The notes below the pieces were generated by a model. It searched no databases and was not told where the DNA came from. It saw only the letters and a program-made list of their open reading frames with translations. Shown here one piece after another: positions 26,470 to 38,790 of a stretch of 64,000 nt of DNA (its first letter is position 1; the number at the start of each line of letters is the position of its first letter). The position numbers were made by a program, and so were the translations under genes. Source of the stretch: Octopus sinensis. Taxonomy: Eukaryota. The stretch spans positions 17,112,001 to 17,176,000 of the forward strand of contig NC_043008.1 in NCBI RefSeq assembly GCF_006345805.1, in the 5' to 3' direction.

Positions 26470-27440
26470 CATATCACAGACGCGATTCACTGTTGAGGAA
26501 ATTTAAGGAGAAAAGTGTGTAAGTGAGGCATTGTTTAACGTAACATGAAGTAGGTCATTAATGTAGAGAGGAGTCAGAACCAAGGCCTTAGACAAATCTA
26601 ATTGACAGTGTGTAAGACAGAGAAAGTTTTGTCAACAAACACCGCGAGGCTATGATTGAAAGGTAGCTATTTATCTACAATAAATAGACGAGTCGAGCTT
26701 ATAGCATACAGAATCGAAAGCTTCTTTCACGTAGAGGGCAACAGCGTTGTTTCTTTAAATTTCTCTGATGCAAGAAACCACTGGTAGGTAACATAACAGA
26801 TAAGACCTCAAATTGATTTGGTGTAATGAAAGCTATAATGGTGATCATTAAAGAAAGGGAGAGAGAGTGAGAGAAGAGTAGAAACATACGTTTTGGCAAA
26901 ATTTTATGAAGAGAGGAAACAGGGAGATATTTTATAAGGGAATCAGTGGCTTACTGTTGGGATGTGAGGGTGGGTTCACAGGACTAGGATCATAATGTTA
27001 CCAAAAAAGAGGACTTTGGGGCGAGAGGAGGTGAGATATATGCACTTAATATAGGAGACAATGTTCATGTGATGCTGGATTCTGTAGGAGTTTGAAGAAC
27101 GATAGAGGAAGCAAATATGGAGGTGAAAAAGCAGTGACATAGAACTAGGGCAGCTAGGGGCAATAACTGCTGAGATCCGAGTGATTAAGTTGATTAACAG
27201 AACATTTATTTTATAGTGACATGTAAACAAACGTTGTTTCACCCAGAGGAATGAAGTTGCCATGTTGGTGAAATGGGTTGAATGGGATGTAATGTAGAAC
27301 AAAAGATATGAATGTTATATAGAAACAGAAGAAAAGAGTCCAGTAGGTTCACTTTTAGATTCTGGAATCTTTGAAAAATGTAAAGGGTAACGATACGTCG
27401 ATAGATAAACGAATCCGTCCGCCGTAAGATCAAGTCCCAC
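26470..27440 (-). mobile_element. Highly degenerate CR1/L2-group LINE reverse-transcriptase remnant
   Basis: Minus frame contains LDLSKA directly joined to LYINDLL (RT motifs fused by a deletion); many stops. Confidence 0.5.
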
Positions 27441-27645
27441 CAAGTCACTCATGAGTGACATGATGATGTTTAACCGAATGGAGTGTAGTATGTATGTGTA
27501 TATACAAGCATATATGCAAATATATACGCCAGCCTACACCCATATATATATATACCAGCATATACCTGTATGCATATTTATTTTATACACACAGACAAAT
27601 GTATATGTGTGTATGTGTATATACATATATGCATATACAAGTATG

Positions 27646-27681
<36 letters not shown>

Positions 27682-27686
27682 CATAC

Positions 27687-27718
<32 letters not shown>

Positions 27719-27932
27719 GCATGTATGTATATACGTACACATATTTTACATTTAATTTGTTCCAGTCATTAGACTACGACCATGCTGAGGCACATCCTAG
27801 AAGAATTCATATACACACAAACATATATATGCATGTGTATACATATATATGTATATATATATGGACATATATATATATATATATTATATAATATATATAT
27901 ATATATGTATATATATACATATATATATATAT

Positions 27933-27980
<48 letters not shown>

Positions 27981-28029
27981 ATAAAATATTATTAGAGACA
28001 AAACCACTATTTTGCAAAACAAACAAGGA

Positions 28030-28080
<51 letters not shown>

Positions 28081-28404
28081 GCACAAATACATGAGGAGAG
28101 AAAGTAAAAAATATTTAGAGCTAGATGAAAAGGTAAAATAAATGAAAAAGAAAATAAAATGAAAACTAAAATATTCAAATGGTGGACATCGTCGCTGGGT
28201 GAAATGAATACGTAAGTGTGGTGAAAATTGTTCTGCACTTTTACATTCTAACTCTGTACACTATTTCCTATTTGTTTTCTTAACATAATTGCGTAGCCTC
28301 TTTGAAGTAAATTAATTGGATGCTACTTCTAAAGGAAGAAATGCACTCCTAATTCCAGCCGTAGTCACAAACAGCTGAGCTCAAATCCACACAAGTGTAA
28401 TAAC

Positions 28405-28405
28405 G

Positions 28406-28438
<33 letters not shown>

Positions 28439-28547
28439 TGAAAAATAACTTTAACTCTAATATTACCAATAGCACTGAATATATATATATATATATATGG
28501 TGATGTTGACTACAAGAAGAGAAGCAACCATAATAATAATAATAATC

Positions 28548-28589
<42 letters not shown>

Positions 28590-28700
28590 TGAAAAATAAC
28601 TTTAATACTAATATTACCAATAGCACTGAATATATATATATATGGTGATGTTGACTACAAGAAGAGAAGCAACCATAATAATAATAATAATCATAATAAT

Positions 28701-28737
<37 letters not shown>

Positions 28738-28842
28738 TGAAAAATAACTTTAATACTAATATTACCAATAGCACTGAATATATATATATATATGGTGATG
28801 TTGACTACAAGAAGAGAAGCAACCATAATAATAATAATAATC

Positions 28843-28873
<31 letters not shown>

Positions 28874-28875
28874 GG
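28405..28875. repeat. ~150-bp tandem repeat x3 containing internal (aat)n and (at)n
   Basis: atgaaaaataactttaa ... gactacaagaagagaagcaacc starts at 28438, 28589 and 28737. Confidence 0.95.
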
Positions 28876-29217
28876 ATGATGATGATGATGATGATGATGA
28901 TACTAATAAGGAACAAAGGTAAGGAAAATAAGGCTGCAATAAGAAAGTTTGTATTATTTTGAAGATTTTTATTGCCGTTTACTTTGTCTTTACAATCGAA
29001 TTTCTTCATCGCTTACTCAAGCACACTCTCCCTCAGACACGTATAATCGCATACACACACATATATGCACGCACGCACGCACGCACGTACCTGCGCACAC
29101 GCGGAAACAGACCTGCGTGTATGCATACGTGCATATGTATTTATGTATGGACGTTCGTATATGTAAGTATATCGTTTGTTCTGCATGTATATATCTGTAT
29201 TTATGTACTCTTGATAT

Positions 29218-29276
29218 ATTCAACCGATGACGGTAAAGCTTATTTAAAGCAAAACCAGAAATCCTGGATCTTGAAT
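29218..29276 (+). ncRNA. Hammerhead-like motif H3 with core CCGAUGA
   Basis: attcaa CCGATGA c ggt [19 nt] acc a GAAA tcc t gga TC ttgaat: 6-bp stem I, stem III AUCC-U-GGAU, AUC cleavage triplet. Confidence 0.6.
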
Positions 29277-29497
29277 TATTCAATAATTTTTGCTTGTATA
29301 TTTGTCTATCTGTCTTATCTCATGGTGCGACACGAATCCTTAACGTGGTTTTTTATAGTCAGAGTTTCGACTGCTATTTCGGCATGTTGGTGTCTCTTAG
29401 ACACCCTCATTTTTAATTGTTAAAAATATTACCTTTGTACGGTATTTTTCCCATGCTGGCCACTAGATAATATGGATACTTAAATATCGATATTATC

Positions 29498-29499
<2 letters not shown>

Positions 29500-29551
<52 letters not shown>

Positions 29552-29695
29552 TATATACATTATATACATTTATATACATATATAATATATACATATATAT
29601 ATATATATACATATATATACATATATAATATAACATATATATATATACATATATATATATATACTTATAATATATATTACATATATATATATTAC

Positions 29696-29747
<52 letters not shown>

Positions 29748-29859
29748 CATATATATACATATATATATATATACATATATATACATATTATACATATAAT
29801 ATATATACATATATATACATATATATTATATATATATATATATATACATATATATATAC

Positions 29860-29890
<31 letters not shown>

Positions 29891-29891
29891 C

Positions 29892-29967
<76 letters not shown>
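29500..29967. repeat. (AT)n/(ATAC)n microsatellite
   Basis: Directly visible. Confidence 0.95.
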
Positions 29968-29971
<4 letters not shown>

Positions 29972-30270
29972 TATATAGAAGGAGCTTCTACAGGACTAGA
30001 ACTGTTTCATTCAAGAGAAATCTTCAGGAAGCTAGTTAACAAGAATTGTATTGGCATTTATACATTTAGGCAGGTTTAAGGGGTGTTGGTGGGGGACTTT
30101 TTGGGGGTAGGCATAGCGCAAAAAATCATACTTGGGGAGTGGTCAAGGAGTCAGTGTTAAATTAGATAGGAGAATAAATAAAAAATAAAAAATAAAAAAT
30201 AAAAAATAAAATATAAATATAAAAAATAAAAAATAAAAAATATTTTTATTTTTTATTATTTTTTATTTTT
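29968..30270 (-). mobile_element. Penelope-like pLTR remnant (family H4), copy 1
   Basis: Carries hammerhead H4; near-identical to 31387-31690. Confidence 0.65.
29983..30033 (-). ncRNA. Type I hammerhead motif H4 with canonical core
   Basis: rc: agcttc CTGAAGA t ttc tctt gaa t GAAA cag ttctagtc ctg TA gaagct: 6-bp stem I, 4-bp stem III with 8-nt loop, GUA triplet. Confidence 0.7.
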
Positions 30271-30273
30271 ATA

Positions 30274-30320
<47 letters not shown>

Positions 30321-30332
30321 ATATATATACAT

Positions 30333-30366
<34 letters not shown>

Positions 30367-30413
30367 TATATACTATATATATTATATATATATATATATA
30401 CATATATATATAC

Positions 30414-30465
<52 letters not shown>

Positions 30466-30720
30466 TATACATATAATATACTACATATATATATTATATA
30501 TATATATATATAGATATATACATATATATACTATATATATCCATATATATATACATATATATATACTATATCTATACATATATATATATATATATAATAT
30601 ATATATATACCTATATCTATCTATATCTATATATATTATATACCATATATATATATATACTTTCCATATATAACTATATATATACCATATATATATCTAC
30701 ATATATCTACTATATATCAT

Positions 30721-30752
<32 letters not shown>

Positions 30753-31212
30753 CTATATTACATATAGATATTATATATTATATATACATCTATATATGAT
30801 ATTCTCCCTCTATATCTATATATATATCTATATATCCTATATATAATATATATATCTCTCTATATATACCTATATATCCTATCTATATACCCTCTAATAT
30901 ATACTTCTATTATATCTCCTATATATACCATATATATATATATACCATATATATATATCCTATATCTCTATGATATATCCCTATATATATATATATATAC
31001 ATATATATATCTCTATACTATATATACTCATACCTATATATATCTATCTATATATATATTCCATATCTATACCTATCTATATATATCCATCTATACCTAT
31101 ATCTACATATATATATCTACCTATATATATATACATAGATATATATATATCTATATCTTATACATATATATATCTATATATATACTAATATCTATATATA
31201 TAAATATATACC

Positions 31213-31245
<33 letters not shown>

Positions 31246-31386
31246 CATATATATATATATATTCTTCTATTATTATATAGGCCGGCGTATATATATACAT
31301 ATATATATATCCATATATCTCTACCTATTATATCTACTATCTCTATCTATATCTTATACATCTATACCTATATATATATATATTAT
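30270..31386. repeat. Noisy degenerate (TA)n tract, probably low-quality consensus
   Basis: Irregular tatatc/tatacc interruptions with no periodicity. Confidence 0.75.
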
Positions 31387-31690
31387 TTATTATATAGAAG
31401 GAGCTTCTACAGGACTAGAACTGTTTCATTCAAGAAAATCTTCAGGAAGCTAGTTAACAAGAATTGTATTGGCATTTATACATTTAGGCAGGTTTAAAGG
31501 GGTGTTGGTGGGGGACTTTTTGGGGTAGGCATAGCGCAAAAAATCATACTTGGGGGAGTGGTCAAGGAGTCAGTGTTAAATTAGATAGGAGAATAAATAA
31601 AAAATAAAAAATAAAAAATAAAAATCAAAAATATAAATATAAAAAATAAAAAATAAAAAATATTTTTATTTTTTATTATTTTTTATTTTA
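31387..31690 (-). mobile_element. PLE pLTR family H4, copy 2 (hammerhead at 31402-31451)
   Basis: Differs from 29968-30270 mainly by single-base indels. Confidence 0.65.
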
Positions 31691-31694
31691 TATA

Positions 31695-31725
<31 letters not shown>

Positions 31726-31727
31726 AT

Positions 31728-31950
31728 ATTAGGGAATAAATCCAATTTACAGGGAAAAATCAGATTAGGATTAAATCGTTTTATAGTAAAATATTATAAA
31801 ATATTATTCGAGACAAAACCACTATTTTGCAAAACAACAAGGAAAGACTTAATTAATACATAAAATTTTTAATAAATAGTCAAAAACTCGCCACTACAAT
31901 CGTTTCTTGTCTTGATCGACAAGCTTCAGGTGGACTTCCAATAATTCATG
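31728..31950 (-). mobile_element. Penelope-like pLTR remnant (family H5)
   Basis: Contains hammerhead-like H5; part of it also matches 27975-28036. Confidence 0.55.
31891..31933 (-). ncRNA. Hammerhead-like motif H5
   Basis: rc: ccac CTGAAGC ttgtc gatcaa gacaa GAAA c gatt g TA gtgg. Core position A9 is replaced by C in this noisy region. Confidence 0.55.
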
Positions 31951-31954
31951 TCAA

Positions 31955-32055
31955 AATTTGACCTCGGGCGGAATTTGAAAAACTCTGAACGTGCAGCAGA
32001 CGAATACCGCTAAGATTTCGTCCGGCCTGTAACGTTTCTGCCAGCTCGCCGCCTT
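31955..32055 (-). mobile_element. SINE family A 5' part, error-rich; inverted partner of 32240-32476
   Basis: ...ttctgccagctcgccgccttaatat. Confidence 0.75.
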
Positions 32056-32129
32056 AATATACGTCTATATATATATATATATATCTATAAATATAATATA
32101 TATATATTATATATATATATATATATTAT

Positions 32130-32193
<64 letters not shown>

Positions 32194-32239
32194 ATATATA
32201 TATTATATTTATATATATTATATATATATAGACAGGTAT

Positions 32240-32476
32240 ATTAAGGCGGCGAGCTGGCAGAAACTTTAGCAGGCCGGACGAAATTCTTAGTCGGTATTTC
32301 GTCTGCTGCTACGTTCGAGTTCAAATTCCGCCGAGGTCGACTTTGCCTTTCATCCTTTCGGGTCGATAAATTAGGTACCAGTTACACACTGGGGTCGATA
32401 TAATCAACTTAATCCGTCTGTCTGTCCTTGTGTGTCTCCTCTGTGTTTAGCCCGTTGTGGGTAGTAAAGAAATAGG
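32240..32476 (+). mobile_element. SINE family A full monomer (tail variant 2)
   Basis: ggcggcgagctggcagaa ... gagttcaaattcc (B-box-like) ... gcctttcatcctttcgggtcgataaa ... gtagtaaagaaatag. Confidence 0.9.
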
Positions 32477-32737
32477 TATATATGTATATTAACACGTAAT
32501 ACTCTCTCGCTCACTCTCTCTCTCTCTCTATTTATATATATATATACATATATATACACACACACATATATATATTTATATGTGTGTGTGTGTATTCTTT
32601 TACTGTTTTACTTGCTTCAGTCATGTGGCTGCGGCCATGCTAGAGCACCGCCTTTAGTCGAAAAAATCGATAGATAGATAGTTAGATAGAGATAGATAGA
32701 TATATAGATAGATAGATAGATAGATATAGATAGATAT

Positions 32738-32774
<37 letters not shown>

Positions 32775-32880
32775 CTGGGATATTGCTGTGTAGCTTTGTT
32801 AAAGATCGTATAATACTATTTTTCAGTTTATTGGCGTTTTGTTATATGAATTTGTGGGTGCGTGTTTGTGTGTGTATGCG

Positions 32881-32929
<49 letters not shown>

Positions 32930-32985
32930 TGCTCATATATTTTTTGCTCGAGTGAGTGTTTATCAATTTAAACGTAACCACTGGA

Positions 32986-33372
32986 ATGGAAGCACTCCGT
33001 CGGTTACGCAGACGAGGGTTCCGGTTGATCTGAATCAACGGAACAGCCTGCTCGTGAAATTAACGTGTAAGTGGCTGAGCACTCCATAGACACGTGTACC
33101 CTTAACGTAGTTCTCGGGGATATTCAGCATGACACAGAGAGTGACAAGGCCGGCCCTTTGAAATACAGGTACAACAGAAACAGGAAGTAAGAGTGAGAGA
33201 AAGTTGTGGTGAAAGAGTACAGTAGGGATCACCACCATCCCCTGCCGGAGTCTCGTGGAACTTTTAGGTGTTTTCGCTCAATAAACACTCACAACGCCCG
33301 GTCTGGGAATCGAAACCGCGATCCTATGACCGCGACTCCGCTGCCCTAACCACTGGGCGATTGCGCCTCCAC
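32986..33372 (-). mobile_element. SINE family C, long-tail variant, with target-site duplication
   Basis: tRNA-like head on the minus strand. 13-bp TSD aaacgta(a/g)ccact at 32970-32982 and 33373-33385. Confidence 0.92.
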
Positions 33373-33694
33373 AAACGTAGCCACTAAATAGTTCGCGAAA
33401 GTAAGATGAAAAGAGTGTATCTTCATGTATTCTTATTTTCTGCTTATTTCCTATCCTGAAGTATAAGTCTGAAGTTTACATTATTTATGTTTGTATATTT
33501 AAAGTATAGAAATATTCCGGCAATTCTTTTCACTTTTTTTTTTTTAACATAATGAAACCATTAAAAAATGCTATGTAATCGGTGAAATCCAGTACTTTCG
33601 TTAAACAAATATTAAAAATATATTTTGAAACATAGGTAGGGCTTGTTTATCAACTTTACCCGAAAAAATAACATTATTACTAGCAATATTAAAT

Positions 33695-33905
33695 TGGCGA
33701 GCTGGCAGAGTTGTTAACATGCCGGGAAAAATGCATTTAGCAGCAGTTTGTTCGTATTTATGTTCTCAGCTTAAAATCAGCTGAACGTGACATTGCCTTT
33801 CATCATTTCGGAGTCGATAAAATAAGTACTTGCTGAACACTGGGGTCGTTATAATCGAATAGCCCCTTCCCCGTAATGTCTGCCCTTGTGCCATGATTTA
33901 AAATC
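33695..33905 (+). mobile_element. SINE family A (tail variant 1)
   Basis: ggcgagctggcagag ... gcctttcatcatttcggagtcgataaaataagtac ... gcccttgtgcc. Confidence 0.85.
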
Positions 33906-33927
33906 ACTGTCACTAAGAATATTAATA

Positions 33928-34343
33928 GGCGTAGGAGTGGCTGTGTTGTAAGTAGGTTACTTACCAACTACATGGTTCCGGGTTCAGTCCCACTGCGTTG
34001 CACCTTGGGCAAGTGTCTTCTACTATAGCCTCGAGCCGACTAAAGCCCTGTGAGTGGATTTGGTAGACGGAAACTGAAAGAAGCCCGTCATATATATGTA
34101 TATATATTGTACGCGTGTGTGTGTGTGCGTGTGTGTGTGCGTGTTTGTGTGTGTGTTTGTCCCCCCAACATCGCTTGACAACCGATGCTGGTGTGTTTAC
34201 GGCCCCGTATCTTTGCGGTTGGCAAAAAGAGACCGATAGAATAAGTACTAGGTTTCCAAAGAATAAGTCCTGGGGTAGATTTGCTCGTCTAAAGGCGGTG
34301 CTCCAGCATGGCCACAGTCAAAGGACTGAAACAAGTAAAAGAG
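33928..34343 (+). mobile_element. SINE family B (CORE-like) full length
   Basis: Head ggcgtaggagtggctgtg ... ggttcagtccc; CORE-like caccttgggcaagtgtctt; tail ggcggtgctccagcatggcc ... gactgaaacaagtaaaag. Confidence 0.9.
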
Positions 34344-34379
34344 CAATCCTTTCTACAAAAAGCACAAGGCCCATAGTGG

Positions 34380-34965
34380 CGAAAGGAAAAGTTGACCTTG
34401 ATTTGTACTTAATTTCAAAGACAAAGTTGACTTAGGTGGAATTTGAACTCAGAATGTAAAAACTGGTGAAATACCGCTAAGCAATTATTTCTGTCAGCTC
34501 GCCGCTTTGCCTAGAATATTAATGATGGTTTGTAATTAAGACATAAGATTAATATTTTTGATGGTTGGGGGTTAGTTAATATCTATGATCCTAATATCTG
34601 ATTGGATGTTTGTTTCATTGGCTTCAGTGAGATGAAAACCAAAGTTGAACTTGGAAGGATTTGAACTCACAATGTAACGATTCGGAACAAAACAGTTTTT
34701 GCAATATACTAAAGTTTCTGCAAATTTGATGCCTAAGTCTAAAACGTTTGTTCTTTCAAATTTTGGTGAAAGACCAGCAAATTTTCAGGCTAGGAGATCA
34801 ATCGATTATCTCGATGCAGTACTTAACTGTTAATTTATTTTATTGAGCCCGAACGTATGAAAGGTAAAGGTGACTCCGGCCAAGTTTGAACTCAGAATAT
34901 AAAGAGTGGAGACACGTACAGCATTTTTCTAATCGCACTAAAATTTCCGCAAGTTGCCGCCTTAC
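34380..34965 (-). mobile_element. Cluster of about three degenerate SINE family A fragments
   Basis: Repeated gaatttgaactcagaat-like motifs at ~34440, ~34660 and ~34885. Confidence 0.7.
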
Positions 34966-36907
34966 CCAACAAAATAGGGAATTACAAAACCTCAAAAATG
35001 ATTCAGGAGGGAGCTTCTAGGTCGTCAATCAACCCTCTGAAAATCTCACCTTCCGCATGTGCAGTATGTTGGATAATGTATTTTCCTTGTATTCATAAAG
35101 AGAAAGGTTGATCAAACTTGGAATTCCTTTCAACTTATGTCTGCTTTGTTAAGGTTGACCTAGTGTTTATCTAGAAGTGTAATATCAATAGAATAATGCT
35201 TTCACAAAAATGTATGCTGGAATGGTTATACTTGGAATGCATTTGATCATAGGTGTTCTTGAATATCTCTGATCTCTGTGTTTCTTTATTCACGAATAAC
35301 AATATTTTAATCATGTGCTTTGCATAGCCTTTCTGTATAGAGAATATAAACGATTAGATCGCCTATGGTATCTGATTGGTATTTCCTCCGAAAAAGCAGA
35401 AAGTTAAAATGTCAAATCAATGAAGTATTTATAACATAAAACTGTATCCTTAAATATTTAAGAAAAGAATTGTATTTAATTAAATAAAAGTTGTACCTAC
35501 AATGATGTCGGTTGGAAAATGATACTGAAATACATCGAGTGAAAAAAGTAAGAGTACAACGTAATTAATTTTGAGCTTTACTAGAAAAATATCAAATGAG
35601 AACATTACAAAGGAAGGAAGGTTGTACAGAAAGAATAAATGAGTGTTATAGAGTAAAATACGTATCGGATATAGTCTATATCTGACACCCGCATATTCCG
35701 AATTGATATTATTTTTAGGAACATCACGCTTATACAGAATGTTGGTAATAGGAATAATATCTTACAAAAAGACCAACAATTTTGTGGGAGCCAAAATTAG
35801 GTACAAACTCTGCTAAGGAGGCCTTAAATTCTGAAGTGCAAATATGGACTTGAATAAATCGCGTTCAATGTGCTATGTTGTATCTAAACAATTTGTTAGG
35901 CTACAGACAGAGATAGCTTAAAACACCGTCATTTTATACTTTGAATCTGAATGATATGCGATACCACCTTTAATGTTAGATACGCACAAATCCATTCCTC
36001 TGAAGCTGAATGCATTGTTTTCGGAATAAGATGCTTTCAGAGACGTACATGATTACTGATTGGTGAAAAATTACAAAACTACAAACTGCAGATTGATGGC
36101 GATTGTCAGGAAGGCGTGCTATTGTTTAGATGTTTCTTTGCTGCAGAATGATGAAAGATGAGACGTACAAGGTGATCTGCGTACTCTTAAATATGAAGTA
36201 TAAATGTTGGTCCGTAGGCGTGGATGTAAATTATCAACAAATATACGTTTACGCCTTTGGGCAAGTAGTAGCCGATTCCAGGCTGATGTCTGTAGTTTAC
36301 CAACGATTCATACTAAATTCTACCATTTGAAACAGACGGCAGAATAGATCCGGTTGAATTCAGTGCCTACTTCGTCTTTACTCAGGTTATATGAAAGCCC
36401 TATAACGATATTGAAATGTTATTAGACCTATGAATTTTCTGGTAAATTTATACAGGAAAATTTCCACCTCATGCGGTAAATCACAGAAAGGATTAATAAG
36501 AAATCTGGATTTTTGTGATGTTCTGATGAATTTAGATCGATCGAAAGGTCGGTATATGGGTGACCATATAGTGAGACGTGTGCAATAAACGTAGCAGCGT
36601 TGGCATTGCCGTGCTTGAGAGTAGTATCCTTAATTTAATCAAACTAAATACTAACAAATTATTCAACCAATTTACTGTATATGGAAAAATTTTTAATGTT
36701 TTAGTAAGTGAATACTGCGTGAAGGCTTTACCGATTGGGGGAAGCCAGACCTATGTAAAGTTCCGTTGAAAGGTTGTTGCTACACTTAAGATACACCCAT
36801 ATGATAACCCGGTGGATAAGGTCAATATATACGACGTAATGGAAAACAAAATTTCGGGCCTTGTGCCCACAGTAGAAAAGAAATATAGTAGTAGTAGTAG
36901 TAGTAGT

Positions 36908-37290
36908 GTGGAGGTGCAATGGCCCAGTGGTTAAGGCTGCAGACTCGCGGCCATAGGATCGCTCTTTCGTCTCCCAGACCTGGTGTTGTGGTTGTTTATT
37001 TGTGCGAAAACACTTAAAGCTCCACGAGGCTCCGGCAGCGTATGGTGGCGAACCCTGCTCTACTCTTTCACCACAATTTTCTCTCACTCATTCTTCCTGT
37101 TTCAGATGTAGCCGTAATTCCAAGAGCCAGCATTGTCACACTCTGTGTCACGCTGAAACTCTCCCGAGAACTACGTTAAAGGGATACGTGTTTGTGGAGT
37201 GGTCAGCCACTTGCATGTTAATATCACGCGCAGGCTCTTCCATTGATCGGAGCAACTTGAACCCTCGTCACTGTAACCGAAGAAGTGCCA
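36908..37290 (+). mobile_element. SINE family C, long-tail variant
   Basis: gtggaggtgcaatggcccagtggttaagg ... aaccctcgtcactgtaaccga. Confidence 0.9.
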
Positions 37291-38282
37291 CGAGTACTAG
37301 CAGCAACAGCACAACAGCAGCAACAGTAGTAGTAGTAGTAGTAGTAGTAGTAGCTGTTGTTGTAGTTGTAGTAGTAGTAGTAGTAGTAGTAAAACAAGAA
37401 AAATAGAAACCAGCTTTGGATTTCGAGAAATATTTGAACTTATTAAATACACATCATTATAATTAATATAGTTATTTTTACTTAACTGTTTATTTAACTT
37501 TAACAGTTTTTTTCTTTTTTTTAACCATGTGGCATATTATAGGACTTTCCTGCTCTAATTTTTTTTTACTATACTTTATCCAAATTTCGCTAATTTGTTA
37601 CACTTGAAATTCTTTTCTTTTAACTTGATTCATCTTAATTTTATCAACATTTTTTTTCTCTCCCAAAGCTTTGAGCAAGAAATACCTAGTTAAAATCATT
37701 ATACATAATGCTTATAGACATTTTCTGATTAGCTCTTATGTATTGGAAATCATTTAAGTAAAAATCCGCTTAACTTTATTTCAGTGAAAAATATTTTGCG
37801 CCATGAAACAGTTTCGCCTAAAACTTCATTTTTATATAATTAATTCTCTTCAAATTAAGCCATATTTTTCTGTGACGAAACACAACAATAATTTTAAAAT
37901 TCGATTATTACCTCATTAATATCAAGTATATTGCTTTTTTTTTATTGAGAAAAAAAGACAATAAATAGTTATGAAAAATCTAATATATATATATATATAA
38001 TATAATTTAAAATTGAAGAGAGACATAGTATATTTTATGAATTTATTAAATGTTCCAAATGACTCTAATTTGAACAACATGTTATTATCAAAGTGTAGTT
38101 GTAGAGGCGCACATTTGACAAATTAGCGATGTAATTACATTGGCGTATTTAGTTTTATGTCTTTACGTTGCGGTTTCAAGTAGCACTCTGCTCTCCTAAG
38201 TTTTTCATGCATCCAAAGATAACAAATTATGCGTCAGTTAAATACTTGTGTTCATATCTACGTTGTTAAACTAAAACTATAT

Positions 38283-38790
38283 TACATTATTTGCATTATT
38301 TATATTATTTACATTCGGGGGATATTTGACCTCATCTTATGCCCATGGGCATATGGCGTAGCGGTTAAGAGCGCGGGTTTCTAACCCCAAGATTCCGAGT
38401 TCGATTCCAAGCAGTGACCTTAACAACAACAACAATAACAATAATAATAATAACAACAACAACAACAACAATAATAATAATAATAATAATAATAATTATA
38501 ATAATAAAAACAACAACAATAACGACAACACCAACAACACCAACTACAATAATAATAATAAGAAGAAGAAGAAGAAGAAGAAGAAGTAGAAGAAGAAGAA
38601 GAATAACATCGAAAAATACCCTAGGAATGAGAATCCAGGTTCGAAATTTCCCCAAGACACCTGATGAAGGCTGGAAGGTATATCAGCTGAAACGTGTTAA
38701 CAACAAAAAAGATGAGGACAAATATCTGTCGAAAGTAAATACTGTAAATAATGCACATAATTCTTCATCTCTTCAATATAGAACTGTACA
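38283..38790 (+). mobile_element. Composite element: inverted tail, tRNA-like head, microsatellite, hammerhead-bearing PLE pLTR (H1)
   Basis: Inverted tail 38283-38338; A box TGGCGTAGCGG 38354-38364; B box GAGTTCGATTC 38397-38407; (aac/aat/aga)n; hammerhead 38656-38698; tail to 38790. Confidence 0.75.
38656..38698 (+). ncRNA. Minimal type I hammerhead motif (H1), with a 3-nt deletion near the cleavage site
   Basis: gacac CTGATGA a ggctg gaaggtatat cagct GAAA cgtgtt. Comparison with 10215-10260 implies a consensus GAAAcgtt/gtgtt. Confidence 0.65.

Noticed and set aside
28405-28875. CRISPR-like array
   Set aside because: The context is eukaryotic, the 'spacers' are microsatellites, and there are no cas genes.
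38347-38420. Functional tRNA gene
   Set aside because: It has A and B boxes but no pairing acceptor stem; it is treated as a SINE-like head. The same applies to the other SINE heads.
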